From positions 62,001-119,024 of the forward strand of contig JALJEE010002162.1 in the NCBI GenBank assembly GCA_023231475.1: a stretch of DNA of 57,024 nt, in the 5' to 3' direction. Below the pieces are notes generated by a model. It was not told the DNA's origin, did not search any database, and was given only the letters and a program-made list of their open reading frames with translations. The position numbers were made by a program, and so were the translations under genes. Shown here piece by piece: positions 28,330 through 42,245 of the stretch. This stretch comes from Seison nebaliae (Eukaryota). The number at the start of each line of letters is the position of its first letter. The first letter of the stretch is position 1.

Positions 28330-29922
28330 TCATTCGTCATTCGTCCTATCCTCTATTGTTTCCAATAAATTTTTGTCATTTCCATTCTTCACATTATCAT
28401 TTAGAGTAGGAATCATTTTGGAATCTAAACAAAAATCTAAATTGATCATTGTTGCATCTTCCTGAGAGAGTTGATGTTTAGGTGAGATTGAAACCGGTAC
28501 CGATGGTCGTTTAACAAACATACAAGGCAATTTGGATTTAAACATGTGATCATCATCATCTGATTCATCATCATCATCTAATGCAGTATTTTCTTTCTTT
28601 TTCCCTTTACACATGTTTCTCGATGAGGATTTTTCAAATGTGGATGACACTTCTGCTGTCGCTTCTTTTGATCGATTTAATAATGATAATTTCAATTCAT
28701 CAACAACTTTCGGTAATGGTATTCGTTGAATGGGAATAATTATTGTCTCTTCAACAAAATTATTTTTCTCATTTACATCCGAATCGTTCACTGAGCTACT
28801 TCTCATTTTCTCATCAATATCGGTATCGATATCATCTTTAATCCTTCCATCTTCATCCATATTATTCTCAGTAATACTTATACTCTTATTCGATGCACTA
28901 CTCTTCTTCCTCGTTCTAGTGATTGGTGTTCGACCGCGAGACGATTTACCACGTCGTGAAGGACGTCGAGTTCTTCGCGGTTGGATAGATGTACCGACGG
29001 TTGACGAACTGGGATCGTTAACAGAAGTGGTGGTGGAATTATTCGTTAATTTAGTTCCAGTAGAACGTCGTTTACAGAGACGTTTCGGTTTGATTAATTT
29101 AGCTGATTTCTTCTGATCACAATCTTCTCGTTTCTTATTATTTTTACCAATTTTTTGTTTTATCATATCTTTCGTGACACCATCTCGAATACAAAGATGA
29201 CAAATGAAGAAACTCTTTGCAACTTCTTCTCGAGAACGATTGATATTCGCACATGTCATATGGAACCATTTCTTACAATAATCACATAAAACCCAAGAGA
29301 TGGTTTCCTCTATTAATTGAGAATTAATTAAATATAAAAATTAATTGAAAATAAGAAAATTTTGAAAACCTTTGGGATGTAGACAATTCAATGAAGCACA
29401 TGATTGTCCTTCTTCTTCCGTCTCCACATCACTTTGGAGATCACCATTGGAAGTGTCTGAGATGAAATCGAAATCGATCTTCTCAAATATATTATCATTT
29501 GGCAATTGTTTCTCTTCTGATTTATCTATGAAAATTAATTCAAATTAAAAAAAAGAAAAGAAATTAAAATTAAAATATACCTTCACTTTTCATTTCACTC
29601 ACATGTGGAGTGAGTGTATAATCGGAATTTTCCCCATCTTTCTCTGACGTGTTTAGAGGAATGACTCTCTCCGTTTTAGGACTGATTTGATCGAGTTGAG
29701 TTGATGATATTATTTGATTCGTTTCCACATTTGTCGTTGATTTCGATCGTCTTTTATTCGTTCCATTCGTCTTATGAGTAACGGAGAAGTTATTTGTAGT
29801 TTTCCCACTACGATTCACTGATTTAACTATGACATCTTTCTCTTTCACTTCCTGACCAATTAATTTTGATGGTGTCGTCTTTATTGGACAATTCAACAAC
29901 TCTTTATCATCCAACAACTTAC

Positions 29923-29953
<31 letters not shown>

Positions 29954-32900
29954 GGCTGACGATGATGATAATGATGATGATGATATTTTATTATTTGTTG
30001 TTGTTGTTGTTAATGTTGGATTTGTTGGATTTGTTGTTATAGAAGTTGAAATTGAATTCTTTCCTATTGTTGACATAGTTTTCGATGTGGATGATAGAGT
30101 GGTGGAAATTGTTGTTTTCATTGTTGATGTTGGTGTGGTGGGAATGGTTGAATGAAATTCAGATTTAAAAGGAGTATTTGATACGGATCGACTACCAACA
30201 TTTTTCTTCACTTTTTTCGAACGACGTTGTTGTTGTTTATTCGCCATTTTCACTGAGAGTAGATTCCTTTCAATTTTACATCGTTCTTCGATCAATATAA
30301 ATGGATTGGTAAGAAATTGATAAGAATGATTGAAGGGAAGAATTTTATTAAGAGTGGATCGATATGATACTTGAACATTTTCCTTCTTTGAATAATAATC
30401 GAATAAAACTCGTCGTCTCATATGAATCATTTGAAAGAGAGTTGTCTTCTCTTGCATATAAACTTCGATGAGATCACCATCCAATAACAATTTCTCTAAC
30501 ACATCAATCTCAATTAAGATAGCTATTTCTGAATATAATTTCTTCTTTAATAAATCACTCATAACATTGGAAGATTTTAATTGTTCTAATGTTCGTTCGA
30601 GAACTATTTGACATTCATTCTTCACTAATTCATCAGAATTATTTATCAATCCATCTAATACATCATGTACCGATTTCGTCCATGCTAATGCATTGGAGAC
30701 ATGAAGCATGAACATTTCACTTTCCACACAAAATACATTCGAATCCATTCGTAAATTATATGCTATCTTCACCAAATCATTCAACTCTTTTCTCGATGTC
30801 GATTTACATCGAACACAAAGATATCGATCATAAATCTCATAACGATGATTATTATCGATAGAATTGAAATATTTCGTATGTATACAAAACGGTGCCATCC
30901 TCTTGAAATCCGAACGATTCTCACTTCGAGCATATTTCAATTTGGAACAATCTAAATGAAACCATTCATAACAGATATCACAACGAATCATTGGACCATA
31001 AGCGATTGATTGACATGAACAAAACTTTATGAAATTATGTTTCCTTTTCTTCCCACCATTACTCGTTCCATTCGAACTCATCAAATTAGTCGATATATCA
31101 GAATTTCTTAATTTCTCCAAATTCCTTTCTCGAATTTCCATCATATGTTTCTTATGTCCCACCAAATAATCTTTCATCGTTTCTACAAATTTCTGTCGAT
31201 TGAAATTTTTCCAATTCGTTTCTTTCGACATGAAACATTTATCTTTCAATCGTCTCACCAATTTCCAACAATTCTCATTTGACGATTTCTCTTTTTTCGT
31301 TGGAGTGAAAATAGATGCGAAATATTGTGGCCATACTCGAATAATTTGTCGTTTTTTCTTTTTCGTTCGTTTCCGAACGATATTTAATGTCGCCTTCTTC
31401 ATTGATCGTCGTCGTTGAATTAATAATTTCATTCGTTTCTTACATCGAATTCTTTTTCGATTTTTCTTTAATTTATGCGAATATCGATTGTAGAAATTCT
31501 TCTGGAGAAATGGAAACAACACTTCAATGAGACGTTGACTGGTATTCGAATGTTTTTTCTGAGAGATTTGATAGATGCGAAATATCTCTTTCAAATGTTT
31601 ATTGAGTTGAAACGTTTCATGATTCAATGTTCGTCTCACCATCAAATCGATAGGTGAACGATTTGCATAAACTTGCAATTTCTCCAAACTTCTAAATGAA
31701 ATTAATCGTTTCGATTCAACAATTTCTTTTGAAAATTTATTTACACGACGAATATTCTCCAATATGGGGAAGAATGATCCACCAAATTGCCAATTAATTG
31801 GAAGACATTTCAAATCAGTTTTCTGAACGACAGGACATTCGAATTCTTGAATGTTGAGAAATTCAACAATCCATTCGATTGATTGAGAGAAGCGATAATC
31901 GATCGTGAAATTTCTTTGAACACTTTCGAATAATTGACATTTCTCATAAACGAATTGGAGGAGACGAAGAGCAATTGTGGTAGATGGGAACGGTATAATT
32001 CCACCATATTGTTCAAACAGATAATTCATCAATTGATAATGTTTTTCGATAGTTAATCGTGGTTTCTTTGATTGATTATTAGATCGACGTTTATCTTTTG
32101 ATTTCCGATTATCTTCACATGATTCATACAGATAGAGACGGAAAGAATTACTCTGAATTAAATCGATAAAATTGACGAGTAATTGAGGAAATTGGAAAAT
32201 GTCGGCATGATCCATTGTCTCATTCTTCAATTGATATTTCGTCAATAATCGTTTATATAATCGTTTCCTCTCCAATTGTCCTTTATAGAGACGTTTGGAT
32301 ATGATTTGTTCGTCCATTGAACTGATTTGATTTGATTGAATCAAATGGAAATGATGAGGATTAGAAAGGAAATCAGATTGGAAAGAATATTGATGCTCCA
32401 TTATACTACTACAAATTTTCATCCAACGATATGTCATGAAAAAGTGAAGGAAAAATGAATAATGATCAGGAAGGATATTGAATGATAATAGATGACTCAT
32501 CAATTTCAAAATATTCTCATAATCTGATAAAGTGAGGTTGGAATGAGAAATTTTCTCTTTCAATTCCAATAAATCATCGTTACATTTCGAAATTTGTTCA
32601 TGGAGACATCGTAAGAAATTCGCTTCGAATGTTTGAATATAATTGAATTTTTTCAATTTATGATATCGTTCATTAAATTGGAGGAAAGTCATTCGATTGG
32701 CATTCTCTTTAATGAAACTCATTCTCACAGGAATATCTTCAGATCGAGTATTTCTCTTATCAAATCGTTTCTTCTCGTTCGTCATCTCAGTGACACGAGT
32801 GATGGTAGTTGTTGAATTGGAGGAGGTACAAGTGGCGAGAAGTAGATTGTGTAAAATGTTTTGATTATCTGTCATTTCTTCATCTCTCATTTTTGGATTG

Positions 32901-35900
32901 ATGAGGAATTCCTCATCTTTCCCACAAGTGAATGGTTGAGATAATTCAAATTTATTTGATATTGTTGAACTTTTCATTAAATTCAATTTGAAATTCAATT
33001 CATCATTTTTTCGATGTGATGAAGATCGTCGACGATTTCCACAAATCTTCTCAATCTTCTTCTTGTCTGAACTCTTCAATTTCGTTAGGACTCTCTTATT
33101 TTTCAAATTATTCTTCTCCATTCTCTCATCAAAACAACTCGTGGATGTTTGAGGGAATGTCACTTGGAAATTGGATGGGATAGAACTGACAATTTGAATA
33201 TTGAGGACGTTCAATAAACAACAAATTTCATATTGTCTTTCAATAATCTTCTCGAATACTTCCTCTAATCGAATGCGGAGATCGGTGGAGAAGGCACATT
33301 GATAATCATCAAATTGTTCGATTAATTCATGAATCCGAATAAATGATAATTGATCAGTCATCAATTCATCATAATCATCAGATGATCGTTTCTCCATTTG
33401 ATCAAAACATTCCAAAACTTCCTCACAATCCACTCGCCATTTCAACATATCATCAATCGAATAAGAGAGAAGATAATAAACGGAAATCACTTCAATATTG
33501 GATAGAATCGATTTCTTCTTCTGATACACTTTATGAGATTGATGAATCTGATGGTTCGTACATGTCAATTGACGATAATGTTTCCATGAACATACCACAT
33601 GCTCCTTCACACAACAACATTTCCAAATATTCTCAACAAAACTATTACAAATCGTACAATGATGATAAATTCTCATTCCTTTTTTTCTTTCGTCAATTCT
33701 CTTCAAATCAAAACCATCACTCTCACCATCATCGACATTTGGAGGAAATAAAAAAACTAAAAGTCTCTTCAAAAAAGGATCATCATGTGAACTGGATCGA
33801 TGATCAGTCGTTAAATCATTAACATATTTCTCGATATCATCGATGGAAAGACAATTGAAATAATTGTCGGTCGATGTCCCGATCTTCTCAGTCAATTGAC
33901 ACATCACTTCTTCATATCGAACATCTTCTAATAATTGAGAATTTTTCTCTAATAATTCTTTCAAAATCGAATAAAAATGTTTCTCCAAATAAACGTTGTT
34001 TCGTTGAGAATTGTATTGGAGAGCGGATACCATCAGAATATCCATCGACAAATGACACATAATTTGTTCGATGAAATTTTTAGAGAATTTGTATGTTAAT
34101 TTTGGTGCATTCCAATAAATGTCGTTTTGTTGTTGATTGATGAGACAATGAAGAATGAGAGACATCACATATTTTTTCGATGATGATTCATATAATCCAG
34201 TGAGACGAGAATGATATTCTTTAAAGATTTCTTTCAAAATCAATTGTATCGATGTTTCATAATCACAATAGAATGACAAACGGCCTTGATATAATTGGAA
34301 GATGGTTAATCCTTTTTCTTTATCTGTCAACAAATTGAATTTGGAATGAAATGTCAATTTGTTTTCCATCAATTTCTCCTCATTCATTTCATTATTTCCA
34401 TCAAATTTCTTCATTTTCTCTTCAATCATCAATCTTTCAATTCTCAATTGATTCAACATCTCTTCAACAAACAAAAAATCCACTTCCACCGACACACAAT
34501 AATCGGATGAGAGTTGAACGAAAGAGAAAATACATCCCTTTCCCAAAACGATATAATCACCAAATTTCTGATGATGACGTTGCACTTCTATTCCATTCGC
34601 CAATAAGAACTTGGGCGTGAACATCGATAGAATATCCATCAAATAACATTCGATTAATTCATAATTCTTTATAAACTTATAAGAAAGTTCGATACATTTG
34701 GAGATTTCTTTCTCTGGAATTACATACCAAATTCGTCCAATCTCTCCTTCACAATGAACCAATTGATTTATCGAACTGATCGACATCGATTGATATTGCC
34801 ATGGACTAATCGTATTTTTGGATGAGACTCGAATACGTAAATATTCTTCCTTTAATTCCTCACTAATACTCGACATGAGACAATTACTAGAGAGACAATT
34901 ATCACTATTCGATAATATCTCCAACAAATCAATATCTAATTGATAATCAATCTCTTCCACTTCTTTCTGTTGTTTCTTCTTCTCATTCTTTGATGGAACT
35001 GGCATCGTTACAGAAGAAGATATTACTGAAGTTGTTGTTGTTGTTGTTGTCGTTAAATGTTGTGATTTCATATGATCATTATCATTTTTCATTAGATTAT
35101 TTTTCAATTTATTCGAATCTTTCTCATCCGTTTCAATCGATGAAATTATTTCAGATTTCTCAATCGATGGAATTATTTCAGATTTCTCAATCAAAATCTT
35201 CTCTTTCTTCTTCTCCTCATTCACTTCTTCTTCTTCTTCTTCTTCTTCTCTCAATATAATATCTTCTTTAATAATTAATTTATTAAGAAATTCCACATTG
35301 CTCTCACCATCACCATCACCATCACCATCACCATCACCATCACCATCACCATCACCATCACCATCACCATCTGATAACGGTTTGATTAAGAAATTCAATG
35401 ACAAATCCAATTTCTCATCAAATTGTTCATCACTCATCGATTTATCTACGTCCATCATTGTCGTCGTTTCCAGTCCATCCATCATCATTCGTTCATCATT
35501 TCCATCATCAATATCATCATTATCGTCAGAATTAATTATGAAAAAATCTTTTTTATGCAAAACACGACGAGATATATTGACCGTTTGAAGTTTCGAACCA
35601 TCACCAACATTATTCAATTTCCATAAATCATCTTCTGACAGATCGACTTCATTATCGATTTGTGGTAATTGATTAATCGTGTCGATTGTCATTCTCTCAT
35701 TGCAATGAAGACAAATGTCTTTATTTGTCATTCCACAATAAACATGAAAATAAATTTTTCCTTCTTTACAATATCTCATATTTCCACCATCCAATCCATT
35801 CAAACAATAACAACAACTAATTCCACAATTGTACAATTCTTCTTGAGAGAATAATAAAGAAGAATTCTTCCCAAACGAATTGATTTTCAAGAAGTTCCGA

Positions 35901-37999
35901 TATAAATCTGATAAGAAGAATTCTCTTAAAAGTCGTTTGGATCGTCGTGTGAAATATTTAAGCGATCTACAAATGGTTCGGACTTCCGTTGACAATTTCC
36001 CATTCGTCACAATGAAAACGATCCGACAAAATTCGAAAATATCGATCACTAACTCATTCCAATGGAATGACGGTAATTGTTGGAAATGCTCTTGAATTTC
36101 CGTATAAAATTTACATTTCAATTCATTATATTTCAATATCTGAAAGAAATTCTTCAAATGAGAATTGAATTTAAATTCATCATCTCTCTGAACTTTCCTA
36201 TAGAAGTTGTCCAATTTCACTCGTAACAAATCTTTTTTATTTTCCTCTTTCTCTAATATCGTAATCGATCCCATTTCCTTTAGACGCCAACGAAACGACA
36301 AATCGAACCATTCGAAGAACATGATTGATTGAGGGAAAATTTCTTCGCCAATCTCATATTGAGGATTCTTATAGAATTCTAAAGGTCTATTCAATACATC
36401 TCGTAATTCAGGTATTGACGATTTCATATCATTTCTTCTTTTCTCGATATTCTCATCAATCGATTTCTCACAATTCTTTCCCTCATCATAAAATTGCTGA
36501 TAAACAAATTGGAGGAAAACACGGAAATGTTGTGGAATGATTTCACTATAATCTCTCCGTACGAACACCAAACGCCCACTCTCATCCACTAGACAATATT
36601 TCGACAAACGATTCCATAATCCATCCGAGAATTGTTCCGTTAGATCGACCGGCGACTCTCTCAATTTCAGAGCGGAGTAAGTGAGTCGTTTATTAATTCG
36701 TTGTTGATAAAATTCATATTCATTTCCATCAACATGTAAATTTTCGAAAGGGAAAATTTGTTGTTTTTTCAACTGAAAAATTTGAACGTTTTTTTCTTCA
36801 CCAACTTGTCCAACGAAAATTCCGGTGAGATATCTCGTCAATAATTTCTGATGTTTAATGTTGAGAATGTGAAGGAAGTTGAGTGGAATAATTCGGAAGA
36901 TTTTCGATTTTCTTCGATTCTCCTTCATTTCTTCCATTAATTCGATGTCGTGACATTTCACTTTAACGAACGTCTCCAAAATCAATTTGGGTTTTCTCAA
37001 GAACAATTTGAATTCTTCTAATGATCCAAATGGAAATGTTGCTGAATAAAAAGTTGTTGTAGAGAAAATGAGTGAACTATGTTCATCAAAAATATTCGTT
37101 AAATATTTATCAATCGTTCCCAAATCGTCGTTCAATAATTGATTGACAATATTCGTATAAATTGCTGAGACGAATGATAATCGATCGATAACATAACAAT
37201 TTGGACAATTACCATTGTCTTTCACACCGGAAAGTAGATATCTTTTTGTGATATTGTCCAATTCTATTTCTCTCAAATTTTCTCGTTTCTTTTTCATCTT
37301 CTTCAATTTTTCTTCATGTTTTTGTGGATTGTAAAAAAATTGTAAATTCCTTCTCATACCATTCCTCTTCAATAATTTTCGTTTTTTAACTGTCGACACA
37401 TTTCTTGCTTTACGAATCGCTAACGATTTCGCCACCATCAACCGATTCATTAATCGTTTCTTTTGTATAATTCTTTTTGCTTCCATCAAATCCGCTTTCT
37501 TCTTCTCTGGCATTCTTTTTCTTCTTCCCTTCATCTTATCTCCCACAATTTTTTTCTCTTCATTATTCTCCTTCATTTTCGTCACTTCTTTTTCTAATTG
37601 TTTTTTCCGTTTCTTTGGTGGATTTGTCGTATTTTTCGAACGTTTCACCGTAGAACGTTTCGTCTTCGTAATTTTCGCATTTGCTTTCGCCGAAGCTAAT
37701 CGTTGACGCCGTGTAACAAGTCGTTTACCTAAACTTTTTCTCACACCTTTCCCACTGAAAACGGAGGTGGTCGACGTCGTCTTCATTTTAGCATTGACAG
37801 ATTGTTCTCGATTCTTCCTCGGTCTCAAAGACATACATGATCGTTCATCCGATTTTTTAGTTACGGGTGAATCTGGTTCCACTTCCGAGTGATGAGACTC
37901 ACAAATTTCAGTTTTCTCATTTTGATTAGAAGCGTCGACTTCCGTCATTTCAACCTCAGTTGGAGGTTCTTCAATTTTATTTTCATTCTTCTCGGACAT
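28330..37999 (-). CDS. KDM5: KDM5/Lid-like protein (~3184 aa, 3 exons): degenerate PHD, degenerate JmjC, C5HC2 finger, PLU-1-like helical region, two further PHD fingers
   Basis: JmjC-like GRIWYVIP...FTPKFLLANGIEVQRHHQKFGDYIV...VDF; C5HC2 CTIC..CCC..VCSWKH..C; PHD FCSC..MIRCDICYEWFHLDC..YLCVRC; PHD CASLNCLHP|EETISWVLCDYCKKWFHMTC..FICHLC assembled across introns 29526-29580 and 29310-29369. Confidence 0.82.
35304..35372 (-). repeat. Coding hexanucleotide repeat (GATGGT)n encoding a DG dipeptide run
   Basis: ccatca tandem array on the + strand. Confidence 0.9.
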
Positions 38000-38527
38000 A
38001 TTCTCTTCTCATGCCAATCAAAGATGGTTGTCGAGTAATGACGGTATAAAAGAAAACCAATTCCAAATTACCACTACCGATAAAATAGTTCGGAGCGGAA
38101 TCGTTTAAATAACCTTTTAATTTTTTTAACTATCCGAAGCTGAAAATTTGAATTTGAATTTATTAAAACTTTTCAGAAAAATTGAAAAATTTAATTTCCT
38201 TCAAATTCAATTCATGCCAATTATTTTATTGAAATTCTCTATCCATGTCATACTGATATCCTCTCCGTATTCCATAGATGACGAGTGTTTGCTCTCTCCC
38301 TCTCTAAATTTATTCACTGGCTACAATTGAAAATTGCATAGATGATGGGACAATAGAACAAATTGACGTCCCGCCCTTTTTTTCCAACAATTATTTTATC
38401 TAATTAATGCATTTATTATATAATCTTCCAATTAAATTAAATTGAATAATTTTAAAATATTCAAATTTTAAGCTTTAAATTTTTTATTATTTTTCAAAAT
38501 TTATCTCTCATATATATTTATTATCGA
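38000..38527. promoter_or_regulatory. Probable bidirectional promoter between KDM5-like and MMTAG2
   Basis: Divergent start codons 528 bp apart; tgacgtc (CRE-like) directly next to ccgccc (GC box) at 38364-38376 in AT-rich DNA. Confidence 0.5.
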
Positions 38528-39091
38528 ATGAGTGGCATTTATCATCGTCCAAGAGATGGTGTTCGGGGTGGACATGACAGATTTGATTGGAAGGAGGTTG
38601 TGGACGATAAAGATCGCGAATGTTATTTAGGTCATTCGTTGAAAGCGCCGAAAGGTCGAGACGCTGGAAACATTCTTTGGTATGAGAAGGAGAAGAAGAA
38701 GAATGGAAGAACAAATGAATTGAGAGATATAAAAGATGAGGAGGATAAAGCGATGGCAATGTTGTTGAATATTCCAGTGGGACACTTGAAAAAATCCAAT
38801 CAGAATTTGGATAAGACGAAAAAGAGAAAGAAAAGGAAAAAATTAGAACCAGAAGAAGAAGAAGAAGAATTTGAAGAATTGAAAATAAAACAATTGGCAA
38901 AAGATAAATTCGAATTTGATGAATCATCACAACTGATCCAGGAACTTCCCAAATTTAAGAATGTTTCAAATACAGAAAAATCATCAAATCGAAACGAGAC
39001 GGAATCGGCTTATATTCTGAATGTCGATGATTATTTCATTGAAAAAATTATGTCGAAATTTCAAGAAGATGAATTGAAAAGAATTCTCTAA
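38528..39091 (+). CDS. MMTAG2: Multiple myeloma tumor-associated protein 2 (C1orf35) homolog
   Basis: N-terminal family motif RDGVRGGHDRFDWKEVVDDKDRECYLGHSLKAP.GR....ILWY, then a K/E-rich tail. Confidence 0.9.
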   Translation: MSGIYHRPRDGVRGGHDRFDWKEVVDDKDRECYLGHSLKAPKGRDAGNILWYEKEKKKNGRTNELRDIKDEEDKAMAMLLNIPVGHLKKSNQNLDKTKKRKKRKKLEPEEEEEEFEELKIKQLAKDKFEFDESSQLIQELPKFKNVSNTEKSSNRNETESAYILNVDDYFIEKIMSKFQEDELKRIL

Positions 39092-39450
39092 TCGTCTCTC
39101 CAAAACGACTCTCTCTTTTTCTCATAAATTTTTTCTTATTTATTTTCCGTTTTTTTTTTCTTCATCATAATATTGACGAGAAGAAAACATATTTTATCAT
39201 TTCCATCCTCCACATAAACCGTGGAAAAAATGTTCTTTCACAAAATTTATCAGTTTCCAAATGTAAATAAGATAAAATCTTCTTAATAGAACTTTATTTG
39301 GTAGAATGAAACTTGGGAGGGGAGACAACTCACTTGCTCATTGACTCCAATCGACTGATTATTCAGTAAATTATTAAGGAAGGAAAAATCTCATTAAGAC
39401 TTGAGAGAATCTCATTCAATTTCAGTTAACCATTAAAAATATTAGGGAAT

Positions 39451-40259
39451 ATGATAGAAAAGTTGAAGGAGAGGACGGAAACTAAATTGTTGGAAACGAA
39501 GAATCTCTTCCCCAATCCTCAACATCGCAACAACATTCATCATTATCGTGCACAACGGTATGGATCCATAACTGATTCATTCACTGATTTCTCATCAATT
39601 ACTGATGACGAATTCGATGAAATTGGTAGAAAAGATCTCAGAAATAGTGATGGTGGAGATTATCATAATTTTCCACCCTCTCATTCCAAATACAAAGTAA
39701 ATGGAAGTGATTCAGGTGATGGAGGAGGAGCAGTGACGGACGCCGATATGGATGTTCGAAATAAATTCTCCAGGGAAAGTACTCGTCGTCGACGATTATT
39801 CAAAAAGAAACGAAGACGAAATCGTTTCAATGATGGTTTCTTAAAATTAAGACGACGATTAGCTGCTACTACTAAATATGATCCAGATCAGATTCACGAT
39901 TCTCAAGTTTCCATTTATTATTATTTCATTCTTGAAAAATGGAGTAAATTAGTTTGATGAATTTCCTGTTAGTGTTCCGGTGAAGGCAATTGTTTTGGCA
40001 TTCGTTCTCTTCCTCATCGGAACGACACTACTCTTACTCGCCATTCTGATGATGACAGATGTAATTAAAATAAAAGTTATGAAAGTTTCATCTCTCCAAT
40101 TCTTTCATATTTCCATAGAATTCAACGAGAATATGGCCACTCTTTATTCTCGGAATTATGTGTTTCATTCCGGGCGCATATCATTTACGAGTTGCATTCT
40201 ATGCTTATCGTGGATATGATGGTTTCAATTATACTGATATTCCATCATTTGATAATTAA
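39451..40259 (+). CDS. TMEM230: Transmembrane protein 230 homolog, 3 exons, ~239 aa
   Basis: Introns 39907-39952 and 40076-40118 give VPVKAIVLAFVLFLIG...WPLFILGIMCFIPGAYHLRVAFYAYRGYDGFNYTDIPSFDN*, the TMEM230 C-terminal signature. Confidence 0.9.
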
Positions 40260-40634
40260 ATGGAATGGATCATTCATCTAATAAGAAATTGGTCGAGGAG
40301 AAAACAATAATTAATTAATTCAAACAGGGAAATATATAAAAAATACTTGGTTTTTTGCACCACTCATTCCATTCCTGAAATATTTTTTTTTCCACATTTT
40401 CCACCGTCCAACTCGTCCGTTTTCGTATGTTGACGTTTTATTATGAATTTTATTTATGAGTTTTTGTCCATAATATAAATGAAGTTGAATCGAATTGAAA
40501 TTTTCGAGTAGTTCAATCAATAAACTAAACAATTTAAACTTGAACAATCTAATGTCCATAAAAGTGAAGAGAGAAATTGAAAAGAATCACAAAACGAATT
40601 AGAAATAGTTTCAAAAATTTTTTTCTTTTAGTAA

Positions 40635-41148
40635 ATGAGCGCACCAATAACTACTCCGTCAAATAAGTTACCTTACCGATTTTTTCGACGAATGTCAAAG
40701 TACGAATATAAACAGAGAATAATCGATATGGAAGAGACTGGCAAGGAAGGAACTAATGGAACGATGACCACTACTAATAACGTGGGACATTTGTCGAAAC
40801 ATGCACGATCAATTTCTGTTGAAAATGACAGTTGACTTTTCTTCTATTCTTTTATACATTTCCATTTTATTTTCGAAAGATAATGGAAATGTTTTAGTGA
40901 GTACACCAGAAATGGGTGTCCGAAAACCCACCGAGTCTTTGTTGTTTGAATTAGCTAATAATCTTGGAACTCGAGATTGTCATATCGACGACGATAATGG
41001 TCGAAAGCGAATGATGAGAAAAAATCGTATCCACAAAGATAAAGCGCGCAGAATAATTCTGAAAGCATCCAAATCTGAAACAGACAATTCGATCCCAGAG
41101 AAGAAATCTAATTTGAATAAAGTAGTCGGAGGAAAAGGAGACGCTTAA
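40635..41148 (+). CDS. Small two-exon basic protein of unknown function (~154 aa)
   Basis: ORFs 40635-40835 and 40801-41148 joined in frame by a 49-bp intron (40831-40879). Confidence 0.55.
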
Positions 41149-41254
41149 GAAAAAATCGAAAAATTTTTGAAAAGAAAAATTAAAAGATTTTATTCATTAA
41201 ATATCATGATTAGTTTTCTTTTTTGCTTCTTTTTCCTGACGATGATTATGTCGA

Positions 41255-41731
41255 TTATTTGACTTTTTGAAATTGATGAGATTGGAAAGAAATATAAACG
41301 GAATCATTCAATTTCTCGTCATATTCACACCAATCTCGTTCACTGAAATCGATATCGTTGAATGTGGATCGTTCATTTGTTGCTGACCATCCATCAGCTG
41401 GTTCGAAATCCACCGGTTCCAAACCTCGACATTCCAGATGAACGATCGTTTGGAACTCATCGTTAGCTGAATATGAAGTTAATGTATCAGGGAGAATTGA
41501 CACAGAATTCTTTCTATCACAAAGACGACAACGGACAACATAATTTGCCGTTCCCCGATCGCCTTTCAATGGGACATGATCTTCCTCTGTAAAATACTGA
41601 AACTCTTTCGAGACAGCACCACAATTACAACATTTGAATTTCAAATACCAATTGAAAGTGGAAACATCTTCGATTGAGATCTCAGTGATATTTGTCAGTT
41701 GCGCTTTGATTTGTAGGGCAAATTTGGGCAT
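41255..41731 (-). CDS. CZIB: CXXC motif-containing zinc-binding protein (C1orf123/UPF0587)
   Basis: MPKFALQIKAQLTNI, LKFKCCNCG, GDRGTANYVVRCRLCDR, LECRGLEPVDFEP, DWCEYDEK. Confidence 0.93.
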   Translation of the reverse strand: MPKFALQIKAQLTNITEISIEDVSTFNWYLKFKCCNCGAVSKEFQYFTEEDHVPLKGDRGTANYVVRCRLCDRKNSVSILPDTLTSYSANDEFQTIVHLECRGLEPVDFEPADGWSATNERSTFNDIDFSERDWCEYDEKLNDSVYISFQSHQFQKVK

Positions 41732-42245
41732 CTTCCACTAAACTTCAAAGGTGGTTAAAAGAATTTCTTTTCTAGAATAAAAAATTGTATGGAATGTAAT
41801 TTTATTTGTGGGAAGATGAAAACAATGTTGACAAAAATAAACTAACTTTAATGATCGATATTTTTATTGACTGTTATAGAGAAGAAATAATATAAAAGAG
41901 TCACTTTAAGGAGTATGAAAGCTTTCATTTAATTTTCTTAATAATTCATTTTATTCTTAAAAAATTCTATTCTTTACATTTCTTTTTCGAATTTTTTCAA
42001 AAATTTCAAATATATTATTTTCATCTAATTTCTTCTTCTAATTAATCAATTTTTCTTCATTTATAAAAAAAAATTTTTTAACTTATTTTTTCGACAGTTT
42101 TTTTCAATCCATTAATAATTCGAATCAATAGAATTAGAACTTCTTTTCCAAAACTCTTTACCACTTGTGTGATGATGATGATACTTTTGAATCTTCCATG
42201 AAATTTGTTAGTTGAACTTCGGTTTTAAGGAATCTAAATGAATTA

